A stretch of 63,785 nt of DNA, counting the filler, from Dicyema japonicum (Eukaryota; Animalia; Dicyemida), in NCBI GenBank assembly GCA_011109175.1. It is 10 parts of 10 records of this genome, joined end to end, with 100 filler letters (N's around TTAATTAATTAA, not from the genome) between each part and the next. Parts side by side here need not be neighbours in the genome. Positions count along the whole stretch, not along the records: positions 5,036 to 16,641 come from RDEW01000119.1; positions 16,742 to 21,291 come from RDEW01000001.1; positions 21,392 to 23,694 come from RDEW01000367.1; 7 more parts are not named here. The stretch is one strand, 5' to 3'. The translations under genes were made by a program, and so were the position numbers. Of this stretch, positions 9,272-22,479 are shown one piece after another (positions within the stretch are counted from its first letter, which is position 1; each line of letters starts with the position of its first letter). The notes under the pieces are model-generated. The model did not search any database and had not been told where the DNA came from. It saw only the letters and a list, made by a program, of their open reading frames with translations.

Positions 9272-12200
9272 TTGGAAAGTCTGCCATGTACACGTTGAAT
9301 AGTAATGGGCTGAGAACTGAGCCTTGAGGTACTCCCCTTTTTTGGAGAATGGCTTTTGAATCTTGGCCAAGGTATTTGACAGAGGAGATCCTCCCATTCA
9401 AGAAGCTCTCTATCCATCCAAGGGTTTCCGCATCGATGTCACAATTTTCAAGGTTTTTCAGCAAGACTGAGTGACAGACACTGTCGAAAGCCTTCGAAAC
9501 ATCCAAGCAGACGATATTGGTCGATGAGCCAGAGTCCCGTGCCTTAGATATTATCGAGTTCAGTCGATAAATGCAGTCAGCACAGGAGCGGCCCGGGCGA
9601 AAACCCCACTGATCTTGAGAGAGCCAGTGGTTCTTCTCTATGTGCAATACTAGTCTTCTATATATAATTTTCTCCATTATCTTCGATGTAGAGCAGATTA
9701 GGCTTATAGGCCTAGAGCTCGAGGCTTCTTCTTTAAGTTTCTTCGGTTTTCGAACCATTCGAACTTCGGTTTTTTTCCATGACTTTGGAACATATCCTTT
9801 CTGGAGGCTGGAATTGAAGAGGTTTGTAAGCAGAGACACCAGACAATGTGGTGCATGCTTAAAACAGACCATTGGAATCTTGTCATATCCTGGGGCCGCA
9901 TTTTTGGCTGCTCTTATTGCTTCTCAGGTCTCAGACTCACTAATTGGGTAACGTTTCAATCTGCTTGTGTATTTTACTCGAGGAGGCTTTGGTAAGGAGG
10001 CAGATGGATCTGCTTCCAAAACCGCTGCAAGCTGATTCCGGAGGAGTTCGGTTGTCTCCTCTTGGCTCGACAGGCCTCCTCCCGGGAGTCGCAGGCGAAT
10101 TACTTCGGCCTTTGTTTGGGTTCCGGTAATTTTACTGTATGCTGTCCAAAATTTAGGGTGTTTTGGATGGAGCATTTTTGATTGGCGTAACCAAGCACGT
10201 TCTTTTTCAATTTGAGCTGTATGACAAAGTGATTTTTCAATGGCACTTATTCTTTCTTTCAGTAGAGTTCTGTCTAGGGGATCCCAGCATCTTTTAAGCT
10301 TCGACGTAAGCCTATTCTTTAAAGACAATGTTTTTTCATAGACCCCGGAAGTATTTGGGATTTTCTGTTTTGAGTAGATTTTTTCAGAGTTCTTCTCTAT
10401 GAAATTTCTCAACAGACTTCTAATGTAGTCATCTGCTCTTTCTATTGCATCTTCATTCTCCTCGACTATCAAGCAGGAGTTTCCAAGATTAGAAGAAATG
10501 AATAACTTATAGAAGGCCCAGTCTGTTTTTGCGGTTCTATAGTGCAAAAAGATATCCTCCATTAACGTCGGATACAGCATTATAGTCATCATCTGGGGAG
10601 CGTGATCACTGCCGATGTCTTCGATTTTCCTCGGAGGTTCACATAAGAGCTTCAATGAAGGTGAAGTTAGGAACATTCCTAAGAAATCATCTCCATGGCA
10701 TGAAAAATGATTTGGCTCCTCCGATGTCCAAACATCAAAACCAATTCGATCGGATATAGTCCGCGAAATTTTTCCATCTCGGTTTTCTTTTCGACAGCCA
10801 AAAGATAGGCATTTAGAATTTAGATCTCCAGCAATTAGTGCAAATTGGTTGCGTTTGAAAAAATCAGCAATTGAGTTTTTGTTTTCAGCTAATTTCTTAA
10901 AGTACATTCCTCCAATCAGAATCCACTCTTGTCCACACAATAACTCAAGTGAGACAAATTCACAGGTGGTTTCGTTTTCTATTCTCAAGTTTTTTATCTT
11001 CAACCCATTCATATAGTAGATGGCCGTACCAGTGCCAGCAACCGCACCTTCTTTCCACGGGACACCATATGAAGTATAGCCATCAAAGGTAAATATCATT
11101 CCATGTTTTAATTTTGACTCGTTTACTACTAAGATATCCGGCCGATGAAAAGCCACAAGCCGGATTAGCTCGGAACGCCGTCTCCATATTGATCTGGCGT
11201 TCACGAGGATGACCACAAGAGAGCCTTTTACACGGGTTGGTGGCAGCCCTCCCGAAGGAGCGCCACCATCTCCCGTAAATATCGCTCTTTTTCGTTAGAG
11301 ATCACATCCTTCGATCCCAATTTAACGATTTCCGCCTCAATCGAATTAAGTGACTTGTCTATCGCAATGTTGAGTTCCTTTTTAAGGGGGACTTCCATTT
11401 TAGGTCGTCTGCCCCTCGTTATTTTTTTCTCCGGAATTAATATTGGGACTTGTGGAGCTTCCAGCTCTATAGTCTCAGTCTGAGTAAAGTTGTCATTATA
11501 TTTTGCGTCCATAGGTTCATCCGTTTGGGTTCCAACAGATACACTGCTTTTAGAAACTTCTGTTGGCAGACGATTCTTCCAAACAGGAGTTACAGTTTGC
11601 TGTTTTTTCCAAGCTGAGGTCGTACTTTGGGCTTTCTTAGAGGCCGTATACAATCCGGAATTGGAAGGCGGTTTGGATTCTGTAGTCTTGTTATTTCTCG
11701 CTGCGGGGCAGCCTCCGTATGTAGCCCGGTGTTCTGAAGATCCGCAATTGATGCAGAGTTTCGTATTTTCTCTGAGATTTGGGCATTCTTTCCCATCATG
11801 AGGAACGCCACAGGTTAAGCATCTTACTTCTGCTTTGCAAAAACGTGCTATATGCCCGTAGGATTGGCATTTGTAACAACGAGTCTTTGGCTTACGGAAC
11901 CATTCGCATTCAATTTTTCTGAAGCCAATGTTTAGTCCCAATCGGATTAATGAGTTTGCCTCACCTCTCGAGGGGATAGTCAGCTTTGCTATCGGTAAGT
12001 TTTTTCCAGCTTTCACAAAACGTTCCACTTTAAATCCCGGTGAGAGTATCGTCGAGAGATACTTCTCCAGTTCTTCATTACTNTTGGCATTTGTAACAAC
12101 GAGTCTTTGGCTTACGGAACCATTCGCATTCAATTTTTCTAAAGCCAATGTTTAGTCCCAATCGGATTAATGAGTTTGCCTCACCTCTCGAGGGGATAGT

Positions 12201-12420
12201 CAGCTTTGCTATCGGTAAGTTTTTTCCAGCCTTCGTAAAACGTTCCACTTTACATCCCTGTGAGAGTATCGTCGAGAGATACTTCTCCAGTTCTTCATTA
12301 CTTGCCCAGTATGGGATATTCTTTAACAAGATCTCCGATGGACGAAACTCAACTTGTCGTATTTGATGGCAGTCCGAACCAAAAGATTTCAGTTGATCAA
12401 GCTCCATTTGGAAGCTCCTT
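9272..12420 (-). mobile_element. Jockey/R1/I-group LINE with gag-like ORF1 and APE-RT ORF2 (frameshift near 9920; assembly duplication at 12083)
   Basis: ORF1 has three CCHC knuckles (CYKCQSYGHIARFC etc.). ORF2 has NARS, NESKL, GDLNSK and SDHAP (APE) and KAFDSV, GVPQGSVLSP (RT). Confidence 0.92.
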
Positions 12421-12583
12421 CAATTGGCCTCTGCATGAGATCTGAACTCGAGTATAAATGAACCATTTATTTTGCGTGAAATTCTTGCCTTTAGAACAGT
12501 TGGAATTGAGCATAGTATGTTGTATTTCTGTATTTCACAAAGTATTTGACTGTTTACAGTCAGATGTAGTGATAAAGTTTCAN

Positions 12584-13955
12584 ACAAAGAGATCGCAGGG
12601 GAAAGTTCACAAATTCTCGAAAGGATTTTCCCCCTTGAAAGCCACCTAATTTCAGAATGATAAAGTAGTATAGAATGATCACTTCCTAACTCTTCACAAA
12701 GAGTTTGGAAAATTCGATGATTAAGTGGTCGAGATCGAATATAGTTTATCACTTTTACAATAGTGTTTAGTGTTTCTCTTAACGACGAACACATAGTTTT
12801 TGAACAAAGTGCATATTTGTGCAATGCACAATGTCTTGTAACAATATCAGGAACCAAATCCTTAATACGAGTAACAAGTCCAGATTGATGACCAATCATC
12901 GCAGGTGCACCATCAGTACATATAGATCCAACTTTATCCCATTGGATTTTATTCGTCTTCATAAAATTGTCAAAAATATTAAAGATGTCCTCTCCACGAG
13001 TGTGTCCATCCATCTCCAAACAAAATAAAAACTCATCAATAATATTCTCATCATCAACAAAGCGAACATAGGACACAAGCTGACAGACGTTAGAAATGTC
13101 AGTTGACTCGTCCAATTGAATACTTATTCTGCATTTACTTTTATTGATTCTTTTAATTAATTGCTCCAGGATATCAGATGACAATTCTGAAATTCTACGG
13201 GAAATTGAATCGTTGGATAATGGTATGTCCTTAAGTTTGGTAACTGCATCCGGACCAAACAAAATTCGAGCCATTTCAAGAGCCGCTGGTTTGATTAACT
13301 TTTCACCAGAATTATGTGCAGCTTTGTTTTTTGCGATAATCATTGAGACCTATTTGTTTTAGATATAAATTAAAATTACAGCATATGATGCTTCTAATCT
13401 CGGTTTATCTTGAGATTTATTAAACCACTCAAGCTTTGGCTGTGAATCAAACTTCGTTCTTTTGACTTTAAAATATTCATGTGAGGAAGAATTTTCTGGG
13501 TGTACAGACTCTTTGTGGCGCCTAAGTTGAGAAGGTTTCAGTGAATTGTTTCCCAAAATTTTATGGCAAATCATGCATTTTGCCTTTATTTCATTATTTG
13601 GGGCAATGAATTTAGTGAATCCAAATTGTACGTAAGAATCCGACCAAAGACGACGATTCTTGTTAACCATAACTAGAATGATAAACCACGCTAATCAAAT
13701 CAGATTAATTTCAATGTTTTTGATTTATACTTAATTGTACAATTAGTTTTAAATTTAATATATTTTTATTTTTCGAAAATTCCTGGGGACCACTAAAAAT
13801 TTTCTGGGGACCACGATTGAGAACCGCTGGATTAATTTCAATGTTTTTGATTTATACTTAATTGTACAATTAGTTTTAACTTTAATATATTTTTATTTTT
13901 CGAAAATTCCTGGGGACCACTAAAAATTTTCTGGGGACCACGGTTGAGAACCGCT
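12584..13955 (-). mobile_element. hAT Buster/ZBED5-SCAND3-like transposon 5' part with BED finger, TIR and a 30-nt intron
   Basis: CMICHKIL..LKPSQLRRH, LDESTD, CTDGAPAM, HCALH and IRWLSRG motifs; TIR cagcggttctcaac at ~13955; intron 13350-13379. Confidence 0.88.
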
Positions 13956-14194
13956 GGAATAAACAGACATTTCTTTTCTATATTTTTTTAGCAGGTTAAT
14001 TAGTTTTATTTTAAGAGGAAATGAGTAAACAAATTAACTAATTAANGGCACAAGCGACGATGTGGGTATTTTATATCTTCTATAAGATCGAATTTAAACA
14101 TCACTTTTAATAATTAAATTATAATTATGAAATATGAACTAAATTCACGCTAAAACCATAGAAATCGTTTAAAATTAAAAACAGATCGTTTATA

Positions 14195-15602
14195 ATGGAC
14201 AAGTATAAAATACTAGAATCTATTGGCGAGGGAGCATACGGAATAGTCGTAAAGGCCAAAAATAAAATTGTATAATTAAAAAGATTGTACAATTAAAGAC
14301 ACAAGAAATTGTCGCGCTAAAAAAAGTACAGCTAAGAAATGTCAAGGAAGTTGGAATATCGAACAATGTAATCCGGTAGTTAAAAGCTGATAACTTATTT
14401 CTAGAGAAATTAAGGCGCTACAATATATAAGTGATCATCTACATGTTTCAAACTACTATAAAATTTATAGATTGTGAGTTTGTATGAAGTACTACCATAT
14501 GGATTGGGGGTTGTGTTAGTATTCGAATATATGTCTTCCGATTTATCTGAAGTTATTAAAGACTACAATTTCCAGCTTTCAGACGCTCAAATTAAAGCAT
14601 ACATGTTAATGCTTTTGAAAGGGGTTGCACATCTGCACAAAAATCAAATAATGCATAGAGTAGCTTAAATTGGTTGATCGTGTTTTAGGATTTAAAACCA
14701 GCTAATTTATTGATAAATTCAGAAGGCGTGTTAAAAATTGCCGACTTTGGCTTAGCGAGAATATTTAGTCGAGATGATTCCCGACTTTACTCTCATCAAG
14801 TAGCTACACGGTGAATAAGTTTATTAAAAAACTTATCAAAGGTGGTATCGTGCTCCTGAACTACTCTACGGAGATAAAAATTACAATGAAGGAGTTGATT
14901 TGTGGTATTACTAAATTGCACTTTGATTTCAGGGCTGTTGGATGTATATTTGGCGAACTAATAAATAATTCTCCACTTTTTCCAGTTTTTATACTAATAT
15001 TTATCTTAGGGAGAAAATGATATTGATCAGCTTCATTGCGTTTTTAAATCTTTGGGGACTCCTACGATTGAAAATTGGCCGGNGCGAACTAATAAATAAT
15101 TCTTCACTTTTTCCAGTCTTTATACTAATATTTATCTTAGGGAGAAAATGATATTGATCAGCTTCATTGCGTTTTTAAATCTTTGGGGACTCCTACAATT
15201 GAAAATTGGCCGGTGATTTATTTATTTATAAATTATCAGGAAATGGTCGATTTTCCTGATTACAATAAAATTATATTTTATCCAATGGAGTCGGTAGAAT
15301 TTGAAGATTTAGTTCCTGAAGCAGATGAAACTACAATAGAGTTGTTAAAACAATTTTTGAAACTAAGATCAAGTGAGAGAATTACTGCTGATAATGTGAT
15401 TTATTGAAAAAATTAATATAAGGCTCTAATGGATGATTTTTTTTATACAAGACCATTGCCTGCAAATTTCACTGATTTGCCCGTTCCTGCAAGAACAAGA
15501 AAAATTCATCCACAATTACCATTTGATTTTAAGATTTCATATTCATTAGAAAACTATTTAATAGATCCTGATATTTTGAATGTAGATCATTTTAAGTTTT
15601 AA
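14195..15602 (+). CDS. CDK20: Cyclin-dependent kinase 20 (CCRK), multi-exon; assembly duplication at 15083
   Basis: Spliced product [22 protein letters not shown]...[11 protein letters not shown]...[33 protein letters not shown]...PDYNKI...PLPA carries CDK20-specific motifs; introns ~24-30 nt. Confidence 0.9.
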
Positions 15603-16019
15603 TAAATGCTTTTATTAATCGTTTATTAATTTTTAACAGTAACTTTATTATGTTTTGCCAAGTTTTTTTAATCATTAGTGAAAAGAAGACAGATCACAAG
15701 GTTTTAAAAAACTAACAATTCAACTTCAGTAAACTCGAACCTTTTTTATTCAAAAAGAACCAGACTATTGAGTATAAAAATTACGTAATTCCATATTTGA
15801 TTAAAAAACAACGATTNTTTAACAGTAACCTTATTATGTTTTGCTAAGCTTTTTTAATCATTAGTGAAAAGAAGACAGATCACAAGGTTTTAAAAAACTA
15901 ACAATTCAACTTCAGTAAACTCGAAACTTTTTTATTCAAAAAGAACCAGACTATTGAGTATAAAAATTACGTAATTCCATATTTGATTAAAAAACAACGA
16001 TTCGTTTGGAAATGACGAT

Positions 16020-16213
16020 ATTAACAGGTAAGTATAGAGGTGAGGATGTTTATATCCCACGAATTACGATTATTTCTGATGAATTACCGTTTAGATTTAA
16101 AAGGCTGCAACTTCCGTTGAGGATGAGTTTTGCGATGACAAGGCCCAGGGACAATCATTAAAGGTAGTTGGCTTATTTTTAGAGAGCGAGTGCTTTTCAC
16201 ATGGACAGCTATA
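16020..16213 (+). mobile_element. Helitron/PIF1 helicase C-terminal fragment
   Basis: VYIPRI...FKRLQLPLRMSFAMT..KAQGQSLKVVGLFL..ECFSHGQLY. Confidence 0.75.
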
Positions 16214-16637
16214 TTTTGGATAGAAAAAAGAAAAATGCAAATATTTTTCTTTTTTCTATATTTTCCAGACTATTCCTGGAAATTGGTTCTCTTCGCAGCA
16301 TTTTGTAGGTAATCAATCGGCCATCAAGTCGGTTATGTATTGTCGCAATACAAACTTTATTATTTACCAATGTTCGTATTTCCTTCAATGTTATTGATGG
16401 ATTGTTCTCAATTTTTTCAATTATCAAATTCATATCATCATCCGTAAGTTTAATCGTAGCATCCCTTCTACCTCCACGTTTACAAACATACGGATTTCCA
16501 CTTTTTACAATGGCTATAGCTGTTGTCCTCTTGACACCAAGATCCCGAGCAAGCTGTATATAATCGCCACCCTCTTCATCCTTATTTATAAGTGCTCTTC
16601 TCGTAGCTTCTGATACTCTTGAATTTTTTCTTGACAT
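16209..16637 (-). mobile_element. IS630/Tc1-like transposase N-terminal HTH fragment
   Basis: LARDLGVKRTTAIAIV, RGGRR linker, NPSITLKEI, ITYK. Confidence 0.7.
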
Positions 16638-16741
16638 AAAANNNNNNNNNNNNNNNNNNNNNNNNNNNNNNNNNNNNNNNNNNNNTTAATTAATTAANNN
16701 NNNNNNNNNNNNNNNNNNNNNNNNNNNNNNNNNNNNNNNNN

Positions 16742-17400
16742 TGGAATTGTCATTTTTTGGGTAGACAGTTTAGTTTTATTTTCTGTTTTGATAATTATTC
16801 GCTGGACTGTCGTATCTGTAGAATTCAAACAATATCGTCCTAAAATAAATAAGTACAACAACCAAGAGAACTAAATTTGATAGTATTTCTATTATTGAAT
16901 ATTTTGGTCCTTAAACAAGATATATTGAGAGAAACATCTGAAGAAAATTTTTTAAATATAGTTTGACATTCATAGTCACGATTTTCTGGAATCAATTGTT
17001 GATCAAGTGTAATCGTGTAAACATCAGATTTATCTGAGAATTAATAAATATAGTTACCAATCGATAGTTCTATTTTTTCAAGTAAATAAATCTTTCCAGG
17101 TTTCAAAATGAACGTAAAATATAACTTAATATCATATGTGATGATAAAATTAGAACAATTTTATCATTTAGTTCAATTCTATATAAGTTTAAATTTTCCT
17201 CATTAAATATGAAATTCATATTCTAATATTAATAAAAATTACAAACTTTATAATCTTTCACATATGTTACATTTATGTTTGCACTTAAAAGTGCTTTATT
17301 TCGAGCATTCCAGGGATATACACGTTTAGTCATACATGCAATGTATAATTATTTAAATGATCTATGCCACCATTAGTATAAACCATTTGATATGCAATTA
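16742..17400 (-). CDS. Uncharacterised gene with mini-introns (partial)
   Basis: Several GT..AG segments of ~24-30 nt separate open exon-sized stretches; no recognisable domain. Confidence 0.35.
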
Positions 17401-18799
17401 CAGGACTTATTAAAATAATTAATAATTCATATCCACACAATGATAAAGTGATTTATAGGTTATCTTTTATTTATTAATAGGTTATTTTATAAATATTAAA
17501 TTATTATTAAGTTAATAAAATTTATTAAAAATATCTCAAATGATGGATAAAAATGTTAGAATTTTAATTATGTACCTTATTCCGAAATGTACTCATTTAT
17601 ACAGAAAATAAGTCAGTTCTTGGGAGGAACACCGAGAAAAATTGATACGGCTGCTTAAGGAGGCTCGGATCACCTTTCTTTTTTTTTATGCTAAATAAAT
17701 TAATAAAATTCAGGATTCGAAAATGAAATGGAGCAAAGCAGTATGGTGCAAAGTTTCTTTAAACATAAAAGGAAGATACCATATTAATTGCGACTTTTAT
17801 TTTATAGATTGAACAACCAATTAATGACAGCTATACATTGCATAATACCTATGTTTCTTGTCGAAAATAAAGGTAATAGACATAAAATAAAGAATCCCGA
17901 CACCATTAGTAGATCCCTGCTTCCTTCAGTAGAGTCCTTGTTTTTGGATCCATTCCCCGCCGAGAAAATCGTCATTGCGTTGTCTCTCACGATTGCAACA
18001 GAGATCAAGTAAAGAAACCACTGTTTCACATGCGTAGTGGTCTTTGAATGTAGCCAGACAATCCTCCTTTTTGAGGAAATCAAGCTATTTCACGCTTATA
18101 GTTGCCTCAACTGCAATGAACAGAACGTAAATCGGTCTACCAACACTTTGTATTTTTCCCTCGGCCTTCCTAGCTAATTTCCACATCATTTATTAGAAAC
18201 GAATCTCCATTATTATGACTTTTATTCAATTATTAGAAAATTATTGAGTATTATCTGTACATTTTTAATTTTTCATACAACACGGCGATGATTTTTATTA
18301 ATTCTCGAAAGACGTTTGTCCTTGTCTCGAGGACTTTACTTACAAAAAATGTTTTTGACTCCGAAATCTATTTTACCCTAAAACTTGAATGGAAAACCTC
18401 CATCCAAATGGAATAGCCTTTCTTTATATATCTACTTTCCGTGTAGATGCAAGCAGAGATACTTCCAAAAAGCGGTATGATTCTTCGATGATTACAAAAC
18501 AAAAGGAGAACTGGGATCAACTAATTAGTTTGGTTAATATTACTTTTTATCGGACTTTAAGTGTACAGATCCCAGTCGTGTGGTGACGGGTCCTTCTAGC
18601 ACGACACGAAAATTGAAAGGAATAATAAAAAATAAATAGTCAGTCTGTGGATAAATCTAACCTTCAACAGAGAGATATTTCTATTTATCTTTAGTGGAAT
18701 AACTTAAGAGTAGTGGGAAACTGGCGAAATGTCGAAGCGTAGTAGCAAACTAGAATACCAAACCTTCCAATTAACTACTAATTTCTTGTTACTAATTAG

Positions 18800-18905
18800 A
18801 ATTTCATGCACTGGAGATCTCCGCGAACGCCGTTGGATGTTTGAGCGAATTTCGCTCCCAATTCTGAGAGGGAACAGCCCTGCAGTGAGGGCGGCACCTA
18901 ACTGA
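18800..18905 (+). mobile_element. CRE-clade extreme 3' fragment
   Basis: TGDLRERRWMFERISLPILRGN. Confidence 0.6.
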
Positions 18906-19539
18906 TGTTTTGTCCCTTTTTTTATTTAATATAAATTGTATAAATAAAAAATTTAGAATTTCGTAGTTTTATCGCTTTTTCTGAGTTTTTAAATTTTTGA
19001 AGTTTTTAAACTGAACATATTGATATTAGAACACCAATTTATTTCTCTATTTGCATTTTCTTTTAAATTAAGTATCTGTTACGTTTATTCCTTGAAACTC
19101 CGAGAGTTGCAAAAGTCACCAACGATCAACATGAAAATGGATGACTTCGAGAATGTATTTGATATCTATTATCAGATTAAACAACTTTTCAATTTTAAAC
19201 ACTTTAGATAAATTAAATTTACTGTCCATTTTATTCTTAAATAGCAATCAACCACATTGTTGCAGTAATTCTTGTAGGAATCGGCACTACTTAATATAAT
19301 TATGCGAGGATCAACAGGTTTAAAGGAAAAAAAGAAACTTCTGACCTAATCAAATCCTTAGTCAAATGTCACTCCCTAGATGGTTAGCGTTGCCGCAAAA
19401 GAGATTGTCATATCTTAATTCGTGGTCTTAGGCCTCCTCATTAATGTTGTCTGGAAAAAGTAATTTAAAATCTTTTTTCAAAAGAATAATTTTTTAGAAC
19501 GAATTAATTTAATTTGATCGTGTTTAAATAGAGTCTTGT

Positions 19540-20230
19540 GACAGTGCATATCCAAGTTCGATTTTATCGAGAAAGTTATATTGCCTTTGGTTTCACATGG
19601 ATGGGGACATGGATTGTCCTCTACCACTTTGTGTTGTTTGAAATGAAAAACTTGCGAATAGTGCTATGGCTCCAACGAAACTTAATCGTCATTTCTCAAA
19701 CAAGCACCCGGAACTTTCAAAAGAAGAATATTTTATGTGGAAATTGGACCAGAATAAAGTTCAACCATCCGGTTTTACAAAAAAATTAAAATAAACGAAA
19801 AAGCACTGCATGCTAGTTATGCTGTTTTTGAGATTACCGCTAAAATATGAAATCGCATACTCTCGCCGAAACTGTTATTTTGCCTGCATGCAAAGAAGTA
19901 GTGAAGATACTGTTCGGATATGTCTGATTACATTGAAACCACTTTGGTTTGGCGAATAAAAAATTTGTGTGTTTTTACGCTTCAAATAGATGAATGCTCA
20001 GATATTACAGGAAGAATGCAACTCCTTGTTTTCGTTCGATATATGAACGATGAATCCATTGTTGAAGATTTTTTTGCTCAAAAAGTTTCTCGGAGCAACA
20101 AAGCGATATGAATTTTCAATCTTATAATTCATATTTCGAGGATATAAATTTGGATTGGAATGTATGTGTATCTGCACTGATGGTGCTCCAGCAATGACTG
20201 GGCAAGGATTCGTTTCTATTGCGTCCGCAC
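19540..20230 (+). pseudogene. Degenerate Buster-type hAT transposase
   Basis: SYIAFGFT, LQIDECSDI..LLVFVRY and CTDGAPAMTG motifs with frameshifts. Confidence 0.75.
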
Positions 20231-21539
20231 GTTAAAGTATAAGAAAATGTTCGTCTGTTGGTGGTGGTATGTCGTATATATATAAATTGAACAGTGTTGG
20301 AGATGATTGGGATCTTTAAGGTAACTCGTAATAATTTATAGGTTCTATTTCAGCATTTTAATCATTAACACTTAACTAAGTTTATAAGAAAAAATTAAGT
20401 CAATAAATTACTAGAAACAATTCAACCTAAAAACTTTGAACTAAAATAGAGCTCTCAATTACTATAGAGAGACAAGGTTATCCATATTATAATAAAGCAC
20501 GCATCAGTCTTTATTAAGTAACTCCACTTCCACTAGGTTGTAAAAGGCATTTTGTCCTCAAAAGAACTAATGCTGGAAGCATCCACAATTCTCTGATAGT
20601 CAACGGAGGACATGAGTAGTATAAAACTTCGCATAGAATAATCAAAAAAGGACCTGATTCGTCTCTGATGAAGATTTGTCACTAACAGAATTAAGCTAGT
20701 GTCTTGCTTGTCTCTCTGTCAAGTGTGCACTCTGATAAATGACCATGGGGAGGGTTTCTAGCAGCTGGGTCCAATTGTTGGTTCGGATAGTCTTTGTTGT
20801 TGGTGTCTTGTGGATATTCGCCTTCTTCCTATACAAGTCCGTGTTTAATGAATAGATTTATTTATATTTGGCAACAAGTCATTTAAAAAAATTATAGGTT
20901 CCTCATTGATAGATGGTCCTCCAGCAGGAAAATGGTGGATTATAGTGTATATGGTAGAACTGAGTGTGATGTACGCAGAGCACAATTTTGATCAGTTTAG
21001 AAATGAGAGAAAGTTTAAGAAATAAACTTTCAGATAAAAACTAACTTAAAATCGACAAGATAAATTCATAATTTTTATTCAAATAAATTAACCCTTATTC
21101 CCAAAATGATAAACCATGCGAAATTAATATTATGCCAATTTTTTTGTTTTTGTGGTTTCACCATGAAAACACTCAGACGCTAAAATTCATAAAAACTAAA
21201 ACCATTTCCAATAAAACGGAAATTTAAATCATCTCGAAGAACTTGTGCCTTAAAAGATGACAATTCAGCATATATGTTATCATTAAATTTANNNNNNNNN
21301 NNNNNNNNNNNNNNNNNNNNNNNNNNNNNNNNNNNTTAATTAATTAANNNNNNNNNNNNNNNNNNNNNNNNNNNNNNNNNNNNNNNNNNNNCTTGGAATC
21401 ATATGATTAGTTAGTTGCTGAAACTTGAAAACTTTAATATTCGTTAGCTGTAAAATGACCATGTATTTGCATGCAAAAATCACTTCAATTTGATTTAATT
21501 CTACTCAATTTTTTTTGGATCTTCCAATGTTTTCAGCTT

Positions 21540-21900
21540 TGGTATGACTAACGCTGTCATTCAACCTGACTCCCATATATCGCAAAATGTAAAACCTTTA
21601 GACTCCATAAAATCAATTCTATCCATAGCTGATTTCATGAAATTATCCAAGACATCGAATATATCGTGACCACGTGTCCTGCCAGAAAGTTCAAGACAAA
21701 AAGGAAATAGAATTGTCATTTTCGACAAAGTAAGAAACGAGTTGTCCAATTGATGTTATATCTAGATTCATAAAACTGGAAACTATGGACTTTTTCAGTA
21801 CGTTTCACATCTGAAACAAAATATCACCAGCCATATCTTGAATTCTTCGAGATATTGTATTATTCGACAGAGGAACCTTTTTAAATTTAGATGCAAAATT
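21540..21900 (-). pseudogene. Degenerate Buster-type hAT transposase
   Basis: KVPLSNNTISRRIQDM and FCLELSGRTRGHDIFDVLDNF. Confidence 0.65.
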
Positions 21901-22479
21901 AGCAATGAGTAAATTCAACGAAACCTTGACTTGTTCTCTGATTTGAAAGAATTCGTGAAATATGCTTCAAAACTGTACAACAATTGTTTTTCAGGTGGAA
22001 TATATTCGAGCAAAAAGATCAATAAGCAAAATATATGAACTTTTACCACCACACATCACATCATTGGATCTGCGTGAGTATCTGGTCATTAAATACAACG
22101 ATAATAGTTACTTTAAGGTAGGAAATGAAATCTCCACCGAATCTCAATCAAATAAGACTAATCAACCAAAAAAACAAAAAACGACAAAACACAGCAAATA
22201 ACCGAGGCAGCTAATAAAGAAGTGACAATCTCGAAAGACAAAATAATAATAGTTACTTTAAGGTAGGAAATGAAATCTCCACCGAATCTCAATCAAATAA
22301 GACTAATCAACCAAAAAAACAAAAAACGACAAAACACAGCAAATAACCGAGGCAGCTAATAAAGAAGTGACAATCTCGAAAGACAAAATAATATCGACAT
22401 ACACATATAGAGGATCATCGACAGGTAATCAATGATCACATAGCGTCTCTCGATACAAGACCAAATGGCTGTGTCGATG

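Noticed and set aside
11880-12300. Near-exact 100-250 bp tandem duplications (also near 13700, 15083, 15817, 22101, 27225, 27740, 33595, 56221, 58520, 58925, 61674 and 62303)
   Set aside because: Many sit at single-n joins or have read/insert-size periods; most likely unmerged contig overlaps or alleles.
17660-17685. ggatcacctttct resembling a 16S rRNA 3' end
   Set aside because: The context translates EEHREKLIRLLKEARIT, homologous to the LINE 3' end near 23610.
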